Shown here in pieces: positions 15,545-24,876 of a stretch of DNA of 34,835 bases. Position numbers and translations under genes: made by a program. Source of the DNA: Bacteroidales bacterium. GTDB taxonomy: Bacteria > Bacteroidota > Bacteroidia > Bacteroidales > Dysgonomonadaceae. Where the stretch lies: contig JAAYTC010000108.1 of NCBI GenBank assembly GCA_012518155.1, positions 1 through 34,835 on the forward strand. The letters are read 5' to 3'. Position 1 is the first letter of the stretch. Every line of letters starts with the position of its first letter. The notes under the pieces were generated by a model. The model searched no databases, was not told where the DNA came from, and saw nothing but the letters and a program-made list of their open reading frames with translations.

Positions 15545-17461
15545 ATGAATCGAAAACTATTGATCAGGGACCTCACGCTGAGGGACGGGCAACAATCGGC
15601 TTTTGCCACGCGAATGAACCAATCGCAAGTAGACAAAGTATTACCCTATTATAAGGATGCCAATTTTTACGCCATGGAGGTATGGGGCGGAGCTGTGCCT
15701 GATTCCGTGATGCGCTTCTTGGACGAGAATCCATGGGATCGTTTAGAGAAGATAGATCACGCGGTGGGAGACGCTTCGAAATTGACCGCTCTCTCGCGGG
15801 GGCGCAACCTGTATGGATACGCGCCGTACCCCGACGAGATCATCGACGGTTTTTTCAAGAACGCGGTGGCGTCCGGATTGAACATCATGCGTATTTTTGA
15901 CGCGTTGAACGATGTCAATAACATCAAGTCGAGCGTGAAATATATCAAGAAATACGGGGGTATGGCCGATTGCGCGGTCTGTTACACGGTGGATCCGAAG
16001 CCGGAGGAACCGGTACGTACGGGACCTAAAAAAAGGGGCCTACTGGGACTTTTTAGCAAGAAGGAGGAGGCACCGGTTGAGAGTACCTACAAGCCGGTAT
16101 TTACCGACGAGTATTTCCTGAACAAGGCACGGCAGATGCGTGATTTAGGTGCCGATATGATCACGATTAAAGATATGAGCGGCTTGATCCCTCCTTCCCG
16201 GGTGGCAAAGTTGATTCCACTTTTCAAGAAAGAGTTGAACCTGCCGATCGATTTTCATACTCACTGTACGCCCGGGTTCGGCCTAGGTGCGGTTCTTACT
16301 GCCATCATGCACGGTGCCGATATCGTTGACACGGTGATCTGGAACTTTGCAGGGGGCCCCGCGGCGCCGGCACTGGAATTGATTTATGTTTTCTGCAAGA
16401 AATTGGGTATCGAGTTGGACGTGAATATGGAAGCGGTAGCCAAGATCAACGAGAAGTTGTTGGATATTCGCCACGAGTTGGAGCCGTACGACGCGATCAA
16501 ACAATTCCCGAAGCCCTATAACCCATTAACGGATGAGCTTCCGCCGGAGGTGGACAAACAGTTTAACCTGGCAATTGAAGCGGTAGAGAATGGCGACGAA
16601 GCCGCGTTGTTGAATGCATGTTATACCATCGAGTCGCACTTTAATTTCCCGGCCCCCGACGAGCGGGTAAAAGACGCCGAGATTCCGGGTGGGATGTACA
16701 CCAATATGGTGGCTCAGCTAAAGCAGTTTAACTCCGAGAATATTCTTCCGGAGGCGATGAAGCTGATACCGAGCGTGCGCCGTGACGCGGGGCTACCACC
16801 CCTTGTTACGCCCACCAGCCAGATCGTGGGGGTGCAGGCGGTGAACTCAGCCATGAACCTGAAGAGTGGCCGCCCCAAATATGCCAATGCTTCGAACCAG
16901 TTTGTGGCACTCGTGAAAGGAGAGTACGGCGAGACACCGGTACCGGTGGATCCCGAGTTTCGTTTCGAGATCGCGGGCACACACGAAGAGGTGGCTTACG
17001 ATACTTCGACCTACAAGCGGCAAGAAAATCCCGTGTTAGAGGAGTATGGCGGAGTTACCCTGGCAACAGATGAGAAAGATCAGCTGTTATTGGAGTTATT
17101 TCCCGCCGTTGCCACAGGGTACTTGCGAAAGAGGCGCCAAGAGGAGTGGGAAGCCAAGCAAGCGGCTTCGTCTGCAGAAGGTGAAAAACAGGCTGCAAGC
17201 CCGGTTGCCGCGAGAAGCGACCAAGATGAAACGCCGGACGAAGTACAGGGCCACCGCGTAATTTGCCCTATGCCGGGGAACATCCTGGAGGTAGTGGTGA
17301 AGGAGGGCGACGAGATAAAGAAAGGGGAAAACATCCTTATTCTTGAAGCGATGAAGATGGAGAACGATATCACGGCGGAGGTTTCCGGCAAGGTGCATCG
17401 TATTTTCGTGCAACCGGGTGAGGCAGTCCGCGAGGGTGCCCCTTTGGTAGAGATCGTGTAA
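15545..17461 (+). CDS. Pyruvate carboxylase subunit B / oxaloacetate decarboxylase alpha-like (carboxyltransferase plus biotinyl domain)
   Basis: RDGQQS, EVWGGA, RIFDALND, IKDMSG, HTHCT, PGGMYTN, LVTPTSQIVG and biotin motif EAMKM. Confidence 0.93.
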   Translation: MNRKLLIRDLTLRDGQQSAFATRMNQSQVDKVLPYYKDANFYAMEVWGGAVPDSVMRFLDENPWDRLEKIDHAVGDASKLTALSRGRNLYGYAPYPDEIIDGFFKNAVASGLNIMRIFDALNDVNNIKSSVKYIKKYGGMADCAVCYTVDPKPEEPVRTGPKKRGLLGLFSKKEEAPVESTYKPVFTDEYFLNKARQMRDLGADMITIKDMSGLIPPSRVAKLIPLFKKELNLPIDFHTHCTPGFGLGAVLTAIMHGADIVDTVIWNFAGGPAAPALELIYVFCKKLGIELDVNMEAVAKINEKLLDIRHELEPYDAIKQFPKPYNPLTDELPPEVDKQFNLAIEAVENGDEAALLNACYTIESHFNFPAPDERVKDAEIPGGMYTNMVAQLKQFNSENILPEAMKLIPSVRRDAGLPPLVTPTSQIVGVQAVNSAMNLKSGRPKYANASNQFVALVKGEYGETPVPVDPEFRFEIAGTHEEVAYDTSTYKRQENPVLEEYGGVTLATDEKDQLLLELFPAVATGYLRKRRQEEWEAKQAASSAEGEKQAASPVAARSDQDETPDEVQGHRVICPMPGNILEVVVKEGDEIKKGENILILEAMKMENDITAEVSGKVHRIFVQPGEAVREGAPLVEIV

Positions 17462-17469
17462 CGAAAGAT

Positions 17470-18612
17470 CTATATGGCGCTTTTCAGGATCTCTTCCGCC
17501 ACGTCGCCCGTCACGTTTCGGTTTTCCCCGAATGCCACCCCTCTTTGGTTAAAGCGACGGGCGATCGTGTGTATGGTCTTCTCGCCGATGCCCTCGTCGG
17601 AGAGACGGGTCGTGAGGCCGAGTGACCGGTAGAAAGCTTCGGTCATTTCGATCGCCTTGTCGGCCTTCTCTTCGTCCGTTCCTCCCGCGATGCCAAACAC
17701 CCGTTCGCCGTATTGTAGCAGTTTAGCCTTTTTCTGTTCTTTCAGTACCCGGAGTGTGGCCGGCATCACGATGGCGAGCGAATGGCCGTGGGTGGTACCG
17801 TGCAGTGCGGTGAGTTCGTGTCCGATTTGGTGGGTTGCCCAGTCTTGGGTAATTCCCATCCGTATAAAATCGTTGAGAGCCAGTGTGGCCGCAAGCATGT
17901 AGTCGGCCATTAAGTCGTAATCGCGAGGATTGGCTTTGATACCCGGCGCGATCTCGATAAGCGAGAGGAGAAGCCCTTCCGCCCAACGATCCATGATGCG
18001 CGACTGTCCCGTCGTGGTGAGGTATTGCTCCAGCACGTGCGTGTAAGCATCGGCCAGTCCACAAGCGATCTGATGTTCAGAGAGCGTGTAGGTTACTTCC
18101 GGGTCGAGGATCGAGAACTGGGGGTAATCGCCCCCGAAAGAGTACTTCTCTCGCGTCTCTTCGCGGGTAATCACAGCACCCCCGTTCATTTCGGATCCGG
18201 TCGCGGGCACCGTCATCACCGAGGCAAACGGGATTTGCTTTTCGGCTACCCCCTTTAGTACGATATCCCACGCGTCTTCCTCCGTTGCCATTCCCGCGGC
18301 GATTAGTTTCGTGCCGTCGAGCACCGAGCCTCCTCCGACCGCCAGGAGGTAGTCGATCCGATTCTCTTTTCCCGTTTGAATTGCTTTACGCAGGGTCTCT
18401 ACCCGCGGGTTGGGTTCGATGCCCCAGAATTCGATGAAGTTGCGCCCCCTGAGCGACTCCTTCACTTGGTCGTATACCCCGTTGCGGGTGACACTCCCGC
18501 TCCCCAGCGTGATCATCAGTTTTACATCCTGTGGCAATAGCTCCGACAGTTTTTCAATTTGTCCTTTCCCGAACACCAAGCGGGTCGGGTTCTGAAAAAT
18601 AAAGTTCTTCAT
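17470..18612 (-). CDS. Iron-containing alcohol dehydrogenase (YqhD/BdhA-like)
   Basis: MKNFIFQNPTRLVFGKG (ATG 18612), GGGSVLDGTK, PATGSEMN, DWATHQIGHELTALHGTTHG. Confidence 0.93.
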   Translation of the reverse strand: MKNFIFQNPTRLVFGKGQIEKLSELLPQDVKLMITLGSGSVTRNGVYDQVKESLRGRNFIEFWGIEPNPRVETLRKAIQTGKENRIDYLLAVGGGSVLDGTKLIAAGMATEEDAWDIVLKGVAEKQIPFASVMTVPATGSEMNGGAVITREETREKYSFGGDYPQFSILDPEVTYTLSEHQIACGLADAYTHVLEQYLTTTGQSRIMDRWAEGLLLSLIEIAPGIKANPRDYDLMADYMLAATLALNDFIRMGITQDWATHQIGHELTALHGTTHGHSLAIVMPATLRVLKEQKKAKLLQYGERVFGIAGGTDEEKADKAIEMTEAFYRSLGLTTRLSDEGIGEKTIHTIARRFNQRGVAFGENRNVTGDVAEEILKSAI

Positions 18613-18815
18613 ACCGTCTGTTTTTTCGTGTGGTGCATGAATTCGCATCGGCTTCATGCAGCCCAATTTTTATTCGTGTATTATCCTCTAAAACGGTTTC
18701 GCGGGTGAGTTGTTCACCTTTCCCTGAACATCCCTCTCTTTTATTTGTTTCAATTTTATAAATGGCCGGTTGATGCGTCAAGTGGCAGGATCGTTAATTC
18801 GATGGATCGAACTCA

Positions 18816-19394
18816 ATGAATAAAGAGGAGAGGATACGGGAGAATTTGCAGGAACCGGAATTCCGGCTCGTGGGGCTGGATCGGTTCAGCTATCCCCTTT
18901 ACCGGGATGAGGTGGTGTCGCTCTACCTGAACGCATATACCACCGGTGAACCTCCGCAGTACATTGACCCCCTGGAGGGAGAGCAAGTGTTGGATGCCGC
19001 CATGCGCTACGGTTTTGGGCGAATGGCATTTATAGGACAGCGCTTGATTGGCGCGTTGATCGCGATGCCGTTGGCGCGTCACGGCGATTTCCCTTCCGTA
19101 TCGGTCCCTAACTTGGATACCCGTACCGCGCTCTACATCGCCGAGGTGATGGTGCACGCCGACTTTCGAGGCAGCGGAATCGGGACGGTTTTGATGGAGG
19201 AGATACTTTCGCGCACGGCGGGGTATTCATCCGCCGTGATTCGCGTTTGGGAGGAGAACCACCCCGCTTGGAACCTCTATCGTAAGTTGGGATTTCGCCC
19301 TATAGCGGCCACGACCCAAGTAAAACAACGCACGCGGGACGAGATGTTCAACGCGCGAAAAATATATTTACACTGTTTTATCGATTCAGATTAA
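18816..19394 (+). CDS. GNAT acetyltransferase, putative 5-thiohistidine N-acetyltransferase
   Basis: Motif A VMVHADFRGSGIG and motif B NHPAWNLYRKLGF; ends 11 bp before ovoA. The substrate is inferred from context. Confidence 0.8.
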   Translation: MNKEERIRENLQEPEFRLVGLDRFSYPLYRDEVVSLYLNAYTTGEPPQYIDPLEGEQVLDAAMRYGFGRMAFIGQRLIGALIAMPLARHGDFPSVSVPNLDTRTALYIAEVMVHADFRGSGIGTVLMEEILSRTAGYSSAVIRVWEENHPAWNLYRKLGFRPIAATTQVKQRTRDEMFNARKIYLHCFIDSD

Positions 19395-19405
19395 AATATC
19401 AGAAA

Positions 19406-21514
19406 ATGAAGAATTTACTTGCAAAGACAATTGATTTACGTAGCGGTACGCCGGAAGAGAAGAAGCAGGAGATACGCGACTATTTTCTGAAAACATGGGC
19501 GATTGATGAGCTGTTGTATAGCCAATTGAAGTCGGACGACACGTTTTATCTTCGAGGGGATCCCTTGCGACACATTTTGCTCTTTTACCTGGGGCATACC
19601 GCCGTATTTTTCATTAATAAGCTCTATCTCGCGCGCTTAATCCACAAGCGGGTCAACCCTCGGTTTGAATCGATTTTCGCGATCGGGGTGGACGAAATGA
19701 GCTGGGATGACCTGGATAATAACCATTACGAATGGCCGCCGGTGTCGGAGGTGCGGGCGTATCGCGACGCGGCAAAAGAGGTGATCTTAGGCGTGATTGA
19801 CCAGACCCCGTTGGAGATGCCCATCGACTGGGATAATCCGTTCTGGATGGTGATGATGGGTATTGAGCACGAGCGTATACATTTGGAGACGTCGTCGGTA
19901 TTGATCCGGCAGTTGCCATTGGATGAGGTGACAGCAGGCGTTTTCGGACAGCGTTGCCCCACGGTTGATGAAGCCCCGGAGAATGAGCTGCTGCCCGTTT
20001 CGGGAGCCATAATGAAACTGGGTAAGCCGTGGGACTACCCATTGTACGGGTGGGATAACGAGTACGGCGAACAGCAAGAGGAGGTGGCCGATTTTGAGGC
20101 GGCAAAATATCTTACCTCAAACCATGAATTTCTAGCGTTTGTGGAGGATAGCGGATATGAAACGGAGAGTTACTGGACCGAAGAGGGCTGGGAATGGCGT
20201 ACTTTCAAGAACGCGGAGATGCCCCTCTTCTGGCGAAAAGGAGAGAATGGCTACCGGTTACGTTTAGTGGCAGAGGAGATCGCGATGCCATGGAGTTGGC
20301 CGGTAGAGGTGAACTACCTCGAGGCAAAAGCTTTTTGTAACTGGAAAAGCAAGAAGACGGGCAAAAACTACCGGCTTCCTACCGAGGCGGAGTGGTACCG
20401 ATTGCACAAGGTAGCCCGGCTTGAGGAGGTGACGAAGTGGGGAGATGCCCCGGGAAACATTAACCTCGAGTATTGGGCGTCGCCCTGTCCAGTGAATATT
20501 TTCGAACAGGGCGGATTTTTCGACGTGATTGGAAACGTGTGGCAGTGGACCGAAACGCCGATTACCGGCTTCCCCGGTTTTAAAGTGCACCCGATGTACG
20601 ACGACTTCTCAACGCCAACCTTCGACGGGAAGCATAACCTGATTAAAGGGGGGTCCTGGATATCCACGGGAAACGAGACGACCATACATTCGAGATACGC
20701 TTTTCGCCGGCACTTTTACCAACATGCCGGGTTCCGCTATATTGTATCCGACGCGCCGGTCACCATTCATGAAGCGGAATACGAGACCGACGTGGAGGTG
20801 GCACTCTCCTGTGAACATAATTGGGGGGACGCGTACGCGGAAGAGAATAATATGCCGCTTCAGCTGGCATCATTGGCTAACGACTTGTTGAAGGGAGATG
20901 AAGAGGCGCGGATACTTGATCTGAATGCCGACACGGGACGATTGGCGTTTGAGTTGGCAAGAAATTACCGGGACGTGACCGCGCTCGATTTCACGGCACG
21001 AATGATACGGGTTCCCATCCATCTGCAGGAGCAAGGATTTACCCGCTACACGATGAAAGACGAAGGAGAATTGGTCTTCTTCCGAGAGGTGTTGCTCGCG
21101 GACTTCGACCTGATGGAGGCGAGAGATAACATCCGTTTCATGCAGGCCGACGCGATGAACCTGAAGCCTCAGTTCACGGGATACGACTTGATTATCGTGC
21201 CGGGATTGTTGGAAGAGCTGAGCGATCCTTCCCTTTTTCTTTCCCGGATAGATGAACGGCTGAACGAGGGGGGATACCTCTTGTTGGCGTCGGATTACGA
21301 GTGGGATGCTGATAAAGCAGATCCGGACAAGTGGCCGGGGGGATTCAAACGAGACGGCGAACCGGTGACATCGTTGGATGGCATCAAGCAGCTGTTGCAA
21401 CCCCACTTCGAATTGCACGTGGACCCCATGGATCTGAAGCTGGTTATGAAAACATCGTCGCGTGTAACGGTGAACCGGCAGATGGAGGTTACGATTTGGA
21501 AAAAGATCAGTTAA
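19406..21514 (+). CDS. ovoA: 5-histidylcysteine sulfoxide synthase OvoA (DinB + FGE-sulfatase + methyltransferase-like domains)
   Basis: LRHILLFYLGHTAVFFINKL, Fe motif GIEHERIHLETSSVLIRQLP, HPMYDDFS, RYAFRRHFYQHAGFRY, C-terminal GGFKRDGE. Confidence 0.93.
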   Translation: MKNLLAKTIDLRSGTPEEKKQEIRDYFLKTWAIDELLYSQLKSDDTFYLRGDPLRHILLFYLGHTAVFFINKLYLARLIHKRVNPRFESIFAIGVDEMSWDDLDNNHYEWPPVSEVRAYRDAAKEVILGVIDQTPLEMPIDWDNPFWMVMMGIEHERIHLETSSVLIRQLPLDEVTAGVFGQRCPTVDEAPENELLPVSGAIMKLGKPWDYPLYGWDNEYGEQQEEVADFEAAKYLTSNHEFLAFVEDSGYETESYWTEEGWEWRTFKNAEMPLFWRKGENGYRLRLVAEEIAMPWSWPVEVNYLEAKAFCNWKSKKTGKNYRLPTEAEWYRLHKVARLEEVTKWGDAPGNINLEYWASPCPVNIFEQGGFFDVIGNVWQWTETPITGFPGFKVHPMYDDFSTPTFDGKHNLIKGGSWISTGNETTIHSRYAFRRHFYQHAGFRYIVSDAPVTIHEAEYETDVEVALSCEHNWGDAYAEENNMPLQLASLANDLLKGDEEARILDLNADTGRLAFELARNYRDVTALDFTARMIRVPIHLQEQGFTRYTMKDEGELVFFREVLLADFDLMEARDNIRFMQADAMNLKPQFTGYDLIIVPGLLEELSDPSLFLSRIDERLNEGGYLLLASDYEWDADKADPDKWPGGFKRDGEPVTSLDGIKQLLQPHFELHVDPMDLKLVMKTSSRVTVNRQMEVTIWKKIS

Positions 21515-22454
21515 ACCAGCGGGTGAGGGAGGTGAAGATGTTCTCAACTTCCCTTTTTTTTCGGATTTCCGCTTCGTCCGGCGCGAAAACATGCAAGCCT
21601 TTATGGAAGATGCGGACATCAATTTCATTTTCCGCTTGCAGCGGTTCCCCATCGACATGCATCACTCCCGACCGGGAGCGTTTGATATGCAACCGTTGGG
21701 TGACCAGTGTGGTCATTTTACTGTTCTTATCGATGTTACGGGTAAAAAGCTGAAGGGTGGTTTGAGGTATCTCGAGCGCGTTGAGGGGTTTTAGGATGGA
21801 TACATTCATCTTCCCATCGTCGAGGCTCGCCCCCGGCGCGATATGAGCCTCGTTGCCATACTGCGATGCATTGGCACAGGTGAGGATGAAAGCACGTTCA
21901 CGGAGGGTGCCACCGTCGTGCGTGATTTCATATTCGTCCGACTTAAAATCGACCACGCTCTCCAGCACGTTTCGGACGTATCCCAAGGGTCCGCGCCGGC
22001 GTTCATCGGCAAACCGGTCGCTGATAAACGCGTCGAATCCAAAACCGCAGGTGCAGAAAAAAATATGGCCGTTTGCCGTGCCATAGTCGATTGCGCGGGT
22101 AGAATCTTTCAAGACGATATCGAGTGCCTTTTCCGCGTCGATCGGTATGCCTAAGTCGCGTGCCAGCCCGTTGCCGGATCCCAAGGGGATAATGCCGAGC
22201 GCGGTAGAGGTGTTCACTAGCTCCCGAGCGGCTTCGTTAACGGTGCCGTCGCCCCCCGCGACAATCACGCTCTTGAACCCCTCTTGCACTGCCTCGCGGG
22301 CAATTTCGGAGGCGTGCCGGGGGTACCCGGTGACCCGGATAATAAGATCCGTCTTCTTTTGATCAAGAGAGGCCGCCACGTCCTCGGGAATGTTTTTCTT
22401 TGACTCGGTTCCCGATACCGGGTTGATGATAAGGCACATTTTTTCTTTTGCCAT
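21507..22454 (-). CDS. Diacylglycerol kinase-family lipid kinase (YegS/BmrU-like)
   Basis: IINPVSG, GGDGTVNE, GIIPLGSGNGLAR, NASQYGN, HVDGE. Confidence 0.93.
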   Translation of the reverse strand: MAKEKMCLIINPVSGTESKKNIPEDVAASLDQKKTDLIIRVTGYPRHASEIAREAVQEGFKSVIVAGGDGTVNEAARELVNTSTALGIIPLGSGNGLARDLGIPIDAEKALDIVLKDSTRAIDYGTANGHIFFCTCGFGFDAFISDRFADERRRGPLGYVRNVLESVVDFKSDEYEITHDGGTLRERAFILTCANASQYGNEAHIAPGASLDDGKMNVSILKPLNALEIPQTTLQLFTRNIDKNSKMTTLVTQRLHIKRSRSGVMHVDGEPLQAENEIDVRIFHKGLHVFAPDEAEIRKKREVENIFTSLTRWFN

Positions 22455-22560
22455 GAATTATTATTTGTTCCCGTCGCGGGGTATGATAGTGAATGGATAT
22501 ACCTATAAACAAACCGTGACTCATTTTGTTTCCTCGCGAGGTTTTCATCAGAAAATCCCG

Positions 22561-22568
22561 TACATTTG
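22561..22568 (+). promoter_or_regulatory. -7 box for the SSS transporter (and possibly yihA)
   Basis: TACATTTG, 100 nt upstream of ATG 22669. Confidence 0.55.
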
Positions 22569-22668
22569 CATTCAAAAAATTGGATAGCTGCCCGAGGCAC
22601 GATCATCAATGCCCGTGGTGACTTGTTGTCTGATATCCGACATCCGACATCCAAAAATTGATTCATCT

Positions 22669-24144
22669 ATGCAACCCGTTTTTGTACTCATAGTTATAGG
22701 TGCCTATTTTGGCATGCTCATGCTTGTTTCTTATTTGACGAGCCGAAAAGGGACGGGCAACGATGCCTTCTTCCGGGCCAATAAATCGTCGAAGTGGTAC
22801 GTGGTGGCGGTAGCCATGATTGGTACCTCTATCTCGGGCGTAACATTCGTCTCGGTACCCGGGATGGTGCGCGGCTTAGACATGACCTACATGCAGATGG
22901 TATTTGGCTTTTTCTTCGGTTACTTGGTGATCGCCTACGTGCTTTTGCCTCTCTATTACCGGTTAAACTTGACCACCATTTACGGGTACTTGGATCAGCG
23001 TTACGGGCCAAAGTCGTACAAAACAGGTGCTTGGTTTTTTCTTGTCTCAAAGATCGTGGGGGCGGCAGCGCGGCTTTATCTCGTGGCCTTTATTTTACAA
23101 ACACTGGTATTCGACACGTGGGGGGTGCCTTTCGTGGCGACCGTCTCCGGGATCATTCTCGTGATTTGGCTCTATAGCCACAAAAGCGGGATCAAGACGA
23201 TTATATGGACCGATTGGCTGCAGACCATTCTTTTTCTCACGGCGCTGGTGATGATCGTATGGCAGGTGGCATCGCAATTAGGACTGGGCGTGGGGGGCAT
23301 AGTAGAGGTTGTTCGAGAAAGTACTCACTCCCGTATTTTCGTGTTCGACGATTGGGCGAGCACCCAAAACTTCTTCAAGCAATTCTTTAGCGGAATGTTT
23401 ATCACGATCGTGATGACGGGTCTGGATCAGGATCAGATGCAGAAGAACCTGACCATACGCACGTTGAAAGACGCGCAAAAGAACGTGGTTTCGTACGGGT
23501 TGGCTTTCGCGCCAATCAACTTCCTGTTCCTCTGCCTGGGGGTGTTGTTGCTTGTTTTCGCTTCACAAAATAATATCGCGTTGCCGGAGGTTTCAGACAA
23601 TATTTTGCCGGTACTCGCGAGCGAATACATGGGCCCGGCGGTATTGGGAATTTTCATCGTGGGGGTTGTTGCTGCTGCTTTTTCGAGTGCTGACTCAGCA
23701 TTAACGGCGCTGACCACCTCTTTTTGCGTGGATATCTTAGATATGGAAGCGATTCCCGGGACCAAGGAGCAGGAGCAGGAGAAGAGGGACGTTGCCACTC
23801 GTCGGTGGGTGCATATCGGCATGAGCGTGGCGTTCGTGTTGATCATCCTGTTGATAGAAACGATTGGCTCCGATAGCATCATCACGGCGATTTATAAACT
23901 GGCTTCGTACACCTACGGGCCGCTGCTGGGGCTCTACTTTTTTGGTTTGTACAGCAAGGTAAATCCGATGGACCGGTTGGTGCCATACGTGGCAATCGCG
24001 GCACCGGTGCTCTGTTTCCTGATCGAGTCATCGATGTTGTACTTTTTCGATTATCAGGTAGGGTACGAACTACTGTTGATGAATGGGTTGATCACGGGCA
24101 TGGGCCTTTGGGCCATTTCGAAGAAGAAATTGCCGAGGGCGTAG
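22669..24144 (+). CDS. Sodium:solute symporter (SSS) family transporter
   Basis: MIGTSISGVTFVSVPG, IWTDWLQ, GLDQDQMQKNL, AAAFSSADSALTALTT; multi-TM. ATG 22669 preferred. Confidence 0.92.
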   Translation: MQPVFVLIVIGAYFGMLMLVSYLTSRKGTGNDAFFRANKSSKWYVVAVAMIGTSISGVTFVSVPGMVRGLDMTYMQMVFGFFFGYLVIAYVLLPLYYRLNLTTIYGYLDQRYGPKSYKTGAWFFLVSKIVGAAARLYLVAFILQTLVFDTWGVPFVATVSGIILVIWLYSHKSGIKTIIWTDWLQTILFLTALVMIVWQVASQLGLGVGGIVEVVRESTHSRIFVFDDWASTQNFFKQFFSGMFITIVMTGLDQDQMQKNLTIRTLKDAQKNVVSYGLAFAPINFLFLCLGVLLLVFASQNNIALPEVSDNILPVLASEYMGPAVLGIFIVGVVAAAFSSADSALTALTTSFCVDILDMEAIPGTKEQEQEKRDVATRRWVHIGMSVAFVLIILLIETIGSDSIITAIYKLASYTYGPLLGLYFFGLYSKVNPMDRLVPYVAIAAPVLCFLIESSMLYFFDYQVGYELLLMNGLITGMGLWAISKKKLPRA

Positions 24145-24214
24145 ATTGATTTACTGCCACCTGTAAAGATGTGGTGATGTGATGTGAGGTGAATGATGTT
24201 GATTGGTTAAAGAT

Positions 24215-24814
24215 ATGATTATAAAGAGTGCAGAATTTGTTATAAGCAACAGCGATTACCGGGAGTGCCCCGCGGATGGTCGCCCGGAGTACGCGTTTAT
24301 AGGCCGGTCGAACGTCGGCAAGTCATCCCTTATAAACATGTTGACCCACCGGAAAGGGTTGGCAATGACATCGTCCACACCCGGGAAAACCCTCCTGATC
24401 AACCATTTTTTGGTCAACGACGAATGGTACTTGGTAGACTTGCCCGGTTACGGCTACGCGCGGCGGGGCAAAGAGAGTCGGGAAAAGCTCCGGGAACTTA
24501 TCGAGGATTATATACTGGAACGAGAGCAGATGACCAATCTTTTCGTGTTGTTGGATGCGCGCCACGAGGCAATGCAGATCGACTTGGAATTCATGGAGTG
24601 GTTGGGAGAAAATGAGATACCGTTTGCCATAGTCTTTACCAAGGCCGATAAGCTGGGCTCCGGCCGGTTGGGGCAAAATATCGCGGCCTATAAAGAGAAG
24701 TTGCTCGCGACGTGGGAGGAGTTGCCTCCTATTTTTGTTACCTCTTCCGAAAAGAAACAGGGCCGAGAGGAGTTGTTGGACTATATTTCTAAAATAAACA
24801 AAATGGTTTTGTAG
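24215..24814 (+). CDS. yihA: Ribosome biogenesis GTPase YihA/YsxC
   Basis: [28 protein letters not shown]. Confidence 0.97.
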   Translation: MIIKSAEFVISNSDYRECPADGRPEYAFIGRSNVGKSSLINMLTHRKGLAMTSSTPGKTLLINHFLVNDEWYLVDLPGYGYARRGKESREKLRELIEDYILEREQMTNLFVLLDARHEAMQIDLEFMEWLGENEIPFAIVFTKADKLGSGRLGQNIAAYKEKLLATWEELPPIFVTSSEKKQGREELLDYISKINKMVL

Positions 24815-24840
24815 GCGCAGGTCATGATCGTAGCCTCCAA

Positions 24841-24876
24841 TCGGTTCAATTTATCGGCTCGGTTCAATTTATCGGC
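24841..24876. repeat. Exact 2 x 18-bp duplication spanning the atpG stop codon
   Basis: tcggttcaatttatcggc x2. Confidence 0.92.

Noticed and set aside
19406-21514. EgtB (ergothioneine) or selenium-variant (SenA/OvsA) assignment
   Set aside because: OvoA-type signatures and the C-terminal methyltransferase-like domain are present; no egtD, selD or senB neighbours in the window.
24168-24203. GATGT-like low-complexity run before yihA
   Set aside because: Too short and irregular to support a function.
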